The notes below the pieces were generated by a model. It saw nothing but the letters and a program-made list of their open reading frames with translations. It had not been told where the DNA came from and ran no database searches. Source: Salpingoeca rosetta (taxonomy: Eukaryota > Protista > Choanoflagellata). Taken from it: 27,487 bases of DNA. The stretch's first letter is position 1, and each line of letters starts with the position of its first letter. Where the stretch lies: contig JAWQFM010000002.1 of NCBI GenBank assembly GCA_033442325.1, positions 1,048,266 through 1,075,752 on the forward strand, in the 5' to 3' direction. A program made the position numbers and the translations under genes. Positions 10,773-27,487 of this stretch are shown piece by piece.

Positions 10773-11908
10773 CATGTGTGTGTGAGATAGAGTGTGGAAA
10801 GGAAAAAAGAGAAACCATAGGACGAAGGGCAGCTCGTTGACACAGTGCACGAATGACCACAGGCACATGCAATGAATGACCACACGCACACACACACACA
10901 CACACACATGAACACATGAACACATGAACACAAGAACACACACCTGCTCCTTCTCGGGGAAGCCTGTGAGGAGGTTGTAAGTAAGGGTGAGGGCCTTGCT
11001 CTTGATGTTTGCCTCCGGGTCCTGAATAAGCTTGCCGAGAGCCTCAATAAAGCTGCTGTAGTGCTTCTTGATGACGTCCTCGTAAACCCACATCATCACC
11101 ACTCGATCCTGACATCACCAACAAGCAAACAAACAGCATGTCAACAAAGGCGCCGGCCATTGTGTGTGTGTGTGTGTGCCTGTGCGTGTGTGTGTGTGTC
11201 TGTCTGTCTGTGTATATGTGTCTGTGTGTCTCTCTGTGTGTGTCTGTGTCTGTGTCTGTTCATCCGCGTGCTGCACTTGTGAATGGACGCCTTCGGCTTG
11301 CGTGCAGTTGTTGCTGAAAGCGATTGCACTTTTACAGTTCGTACCAGGTTCTTGCTCTTGGCCTTGTCTGATGCGAACCCCTTCTCAAGCAGCTCCACGA
11401 GCGGACGGTGGGCGAGTGGGATGAGCTTGCGCTGTGGCAGCAGGCGTGACGTAAACACCTCATGCAGTGAATCTGTAAGGGGCACGTGCAAGTGGCAGTG
11501 ACGTGAGATGTCATACATGGCGTAGAAGGTGGATCAACCAATGGCAGGTTGGCGTTCATGTGCATGCTGACACAAGCGTCTCATGACGATGCAATAATGC
11601 TCGCAGACCTACAAACACACACACACACACGCACACGCATACACACACGCACGCACACACGCGCGCGCGCACACACACGATTGCAAGCAGACACGGAATC
11701 CCAGAGTGTGCCCAACGCACCGCTGGCCATGATGGCTTCGCGCTTGCTCTTCTTTGTGACGCATTGCAGGAGCGACTCGAGGGCGTTGAGACGGTGGACA
11801 GCTGAGTGCTGCACGCGCATGACGAGGGCGGCGTGCTTATCCGCCAAGGTACCGGAGTTGAGGATGTTCCTCAACCAAGACTGGTCGTTGCCGCGCACTT
11901 TGTTCACG

Positions 11909-11979
<71 letters not shown>

Positions 11980-12807
11980 GTGTGCGTATGAGTGTCGTGA
12001 GTAAAGGCCACGAGTGATGGCCTGCGGAGCGATGGCCTACGCATGCAAACACATGCACACGCACACGGTTAGCTGCTGCACAGACAAACGCAGTCACGCA
12101 CGTGCTTCGTAGTTTTCGGCCTCTGTCTCCAGGAGAGAGCGGCCATATTTGCGGAACTGAGCAACAATGGCCGGGGAAGCGATGATCTTGCCACGGGATG
12201 TTTGGTCGAGCGTGGCTGTTGCCCGGTTTGGCTTTGTCTCTGTGAGCACATCGATCCAAGGCATGCCGCCCTCCACCAGCTGTGTGTTGCGAATCGCGGG
12301 ATCAGGCAGGGTAATGCCCTTGTACTTGTCCATGGCTGCTTGCAGCTCCTCCACTGTCATGTCCTCTGGTGCCTTTGGGGCGGCGCTGGCGTCTGTCGCT
12401 GACGAGTCGTTTGCTGTGTCTGCGGGCTTGCCCTCCTTCTTTGCCTTCTTTGCCTCCTTCTTTGCCTTCTTTGCCTGTTTCTTCTCCTTCTTCTTCTCTT
12501 GCCTCTTCTTCTCCTTCTTCTCCTTCTTCTCCTTCTTCTCTTTCTTCTTGTCCTTCATCTCAGTCACGTCCTTGGCCTTGTCGGTGATCTCCTCCTTGAC
12601 CACCTTCTCTGCCTTCTCTGCCTTCTCTGCCTGAACCTCCTTCACCTTCTTTCCACCCTCCTCTTGCTTCGATCCGTTCGTGGCCTTCTTGTCCTGCTTC
12701 TCCTTCTTGTCTTTGGCTTTCTTCACCTTGGTACCCTCGGCGGGCTTCTTGCCAACGGCTGCATCGCCAGTCTTCTTCTTCCTGTCGTTGCTCGCAGGCT
12801 TGCCCAT
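5329..12807 (-). CDS. CEBPZ: CEBPZ/NOC1/Mak21 (CBF domain) 60S ribosome biogenesis factor, about 1179 aa, 17 exons: 12807-12102, 11909-11721, 11472-11345, 11108-10944, 10697-10431, 10045-9875, 9556-9495, 9196-9001, 8801-8465, 8299-8229, 7960-7854, 7596-7530, 7361-7258, 6950-6831, 6450-6080, 5931-5765, 5640-5329
   Basis: Family motifs in order: [138 protein letters not shown]. All 16 introns are GT-AG with consistent phases. Total 3540 nt. Confidence 0.95.
5332..5571 (-). repeat. Coding 9-bp repeat (CGT GGT GGT)n encoding an RGG/GAR tail on CEBPZ/NOC1
   Basis: 15 contiguous RGG units (5562-5428) plus 8 more, interrupted by F/S/G, just before TAA at 5331-5329. Synonymous codon variation (CGT/CGC/AGG, GGT/GGC/GGA) is present. 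Confidence 0.9.
10699..10770. repeat. (TG)36 microsatellite; reads (CA)n directly into the 3' splice site of CEBPZ intron 4
   Basis: Perfect dinucleotide run abutting the acceptor AG at 10699-10698. Confidence 0.95.
11911..11974. repeat. (TG)32 microsatellite; reads (CA)n directly into the 3' splice site of CEBPZ intron 1
   Basis: Perfect dinucleotide run abutting the acceptor AG at 11911-11910. Confidence 0.95.
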
Positions 12808-13031
12808 CTTCGACGATGCTCTTGTCTGCGCACGCACGATGTGGTGGTGTGTGGCTTGGTGTTGTGTGTGTGTGTGTGTGGCTGCGCGTTTTGCCTTGTT
12901 GAAAAAACACACCACGTGCAACCAAAAAAAAAGGTTTGGCCTGTTGCAGGAATCCAACTCTCCGCCTTCAAAAAAACAAAGCATTTACTTGCTTGTGGTT
13001 GGCGCCCGCGCCGTTTTTGAAGAAGAAGAAG
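12808..13031. promoter_or_regulatory. Short bidirectional promoter/5' UTR region between CEBPZ (-) and PIBF1 (+)
   Basis: Only 224 bp between the divergent ATGs (12807 and 13032). Contains A-tracts and a CACGTG E-box at 12913-12918. Confidence 0.7.
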
Positions 13032-20352
<7,321 letters not shown>

Positions 20353-20518
20353 TGGAATGCAGCACACACACACACACACGCACGCAGGCATGAGCATATG
20401 CACATGTTCGTAATTCAACAGGCATTTCCTTCAACTTTGGTGTGTGCACCACGTCAACGTCGTCGCGATGATATTACAGATTGTTTACTCGAAACTGTCA
20501 ATCCCTCACACACTCACA

Positions 20519-20618
<100 letters not shown>

Positions 20619-21072
20619 ACCATCGAACGTCAACACTTTTGTGTGTGTGTGTGTGAGGGAATGGGATCTAAAACGAGGCTCAAGTCAGAAAACCTGACAC
20701 ACGCACAGAATGCTAAGAGAAAACAACCACAGCAGGACAAACGATTAAACAGGCAAGCAGGCAGGCAAGGTTTGGAAAGGGGGAAGAAGAGGTTGCTGAC
20801 GAGACGCTGACAGGGACACACAACACGAAAAAGCACAACAACACAAGCACGATAAAACAGCAAGGAGGAAAGGCAGAGAGGAGAAAAGGACGCTTAAACA
20901 ACAAGGAGATGTTGCGAAAAGCAACACGCAGGATGTTGAAGAATGGAGCGCTGGTGCTGTATCGGGCTGGATCATGGTACCTCGCTCGCCCCCTGGCCCT
21001 TAACAACCAATACCAGTGACAACCCGGGGAGGCGTGCGTGCGCACTGTCAAACGGTGGGCTGCGTGTGCAGA

Positions 21073-26638
<5,566 letters not shown>

Positions 26639-26785
26639 GGCCGGTGGTGATGATGGCGATGATGAGCTTTGATGCGGGATGGATGGATGGACGGATGGAT
26701 GGGTGCGTGTGTGCAAAGGAAACAACCAAAACAACGAAGAAAAAGGCGGGAAATCTTTCGCCAAGAGCAAGGAGAAAAAAGAAAA

Positions 26786-26848
26786 AGGCCTCAGGGGATT
26801 CGAACCCTCGATCTTCGGTTGACATGGAGAAGGCAAAAGGCGAAAGCC
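26786..26848 (-). pseudogene. Degenerate tRNA (Thr-UGU-like) relic; only the 3' half is recognisable
   Basis: Minus strand reads TGT CA ACCGA AGATC GAGGG TTCGAAT CCC-C TGAGGCC T followed by T-runs: anticodon, 3' anticodon stem, 5-nt variable loop, T-arm with perfect B-box GGTTCGAATCC (26806-26796; one base missing in the 3' stem), and acceptor 3' strand. No A-box, D-arm or matching 5' anticodon stem. Confidence 0.55.
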
Positions 26849-27048
26849 ACACCCCCTCCTGTGTGCACCGCAACCACAAGAACCAGCCAGCCGGTCCTTG
26901 TCAGACAAGCAGACTCTTCTCTTCCCCCCTTCCCCTCCCACCAAAGCAACCAACCCCACTCCCCTCTTTCCCTGTTCGTCTCTCTCGTTTTGTTCGACCA
27001 TCTCCTCGATCGTCTCCTCAGCTCTTCCTGGCATCTCGCCCGCGCCAC

Positions 27049-27079
27049 CAAGCCCTCAAGCCCTCAAGCCCTCAAGCCC
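27049..27079. repeat. (CAAGCCCT)~4 tandem repeat; G-quadruplex-capable on the minus strand
   Basis: Minus strand reads GGGCTTGAGGGCTTGAGGGCTTGAGGGCTTG. Confidence 0.85.
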
Positions 27080-27190
27080 GCCGTCCGCGCCACACGGATT
27101 GCCCACTGAGCGATTGACCTCCAACCCAGCCCCACAACCCCACACACCGCTCCTCAGGCTCCACACACACACACACACAAACACACAGCC

Positions 27191-27330
27191 ATGGCTGACC
27201 AGCGACTGACGCACGGCGTGTCCGTGGCAGCTGTGCGGCGGTTCCTGGATGATCTGAAGCGCGAGTTCCCCGACACGTACACTGAGATGACCACGGAGGA
27301 TGCCTGCAAGCAACTGGTTGTTGTTGACAG
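27191..27330 (+). CDS. N-terminal fragment resembling the lineage-expanded Salpingoeca TPR-repeat protein family (partial; possibly truncated or chimeric)
   Basis: Good start context (CACAGCCATGG) and coding-like codon usage. MADQRLTHGVSVAAVRRFLDDLKREFPDTYTEMTTEDACKQLVV matches, from memory, the conserved start of that family (RLTHGVSV...MTT.DACKQLVV). No TPR motif is visible in the window. Sequence after 27330 looks intronic. Confidence 0.55.
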
Positions 27331-27487
27331 GCAAGTCCTGTCTGTTGAGTCATCATTGACCTCCCTTCTTCACGACACCGAAATTCACATTCACCTCTCT
27401 TGTGTTCTGGAATGTTCGCGTGATTTCCCTCCAACCTGTTGCACGTGCAGTGTTTAGCTTGTGTGGTTGCTCGATGTTACATGCTCT

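Noticed and set aside
26839-26848. GGC-GAAA-GCC GNRA hairpin as part of a hammerhead-type ribozyme
   Set aside because: Only 3 bp, and no CUGANGA core nearby.
27095-27122. A-box-like TCGCTCAGTGG on the minus strand as the missing 5' half of the tRNA relic
   Set aside because: Mismatch to the A-box consensus, no D-stem closure, no TCGGT anticodon stem, and only partial acceptor pairing.

Overview
Eukaryotic, intron-rich genomic DNA full of (CA)n/(TG)n microsatellites, with a 974-nt assembly gap (2250-3223). Gene content and style suggest a choanoflagellate, most likely Salpingoeca rosetta (inference). Splicing by hand with GT-AG junctions and frame checks gives, left to right: the last exon of an unidentified gene (5-95,+); RPS13/uS15 (3 exons,+); an RPRD1/CID-domain gene running into the gap (4+ exons,-); CEBPZ/NOC1/Mak21 (17 exons,-, about 1179 aa, with an unusual 23x RGG tail); PIBF1/CEP90, head-to-head with it (23 exons,+, about 768 aa); MFSD1 (15 exons,-, about 508 aa); a degenerate tRNA-Thr-like 3' half; and the start of a member of an expanded TPR-type family. 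Most entries in the ORF track are microsatellite or antisense artefacts. The best candidate for an undescribed system is in RPS13 intron 2: a stop-containing cassette exon (1481-1583) whose 5' part can pair either upstream or downstream in two mutually exclusive stems, as expected for a splicing/NMD autoregulatory switch. Also notable are introns bracketed by complementary (GT)n...(AC)n tracts with no polypyrimidine tract, and a tRNA relic broken at the anticodon loop beside the multicopy-family gene. All homology calls come from recognising translated motifs; no search was run.
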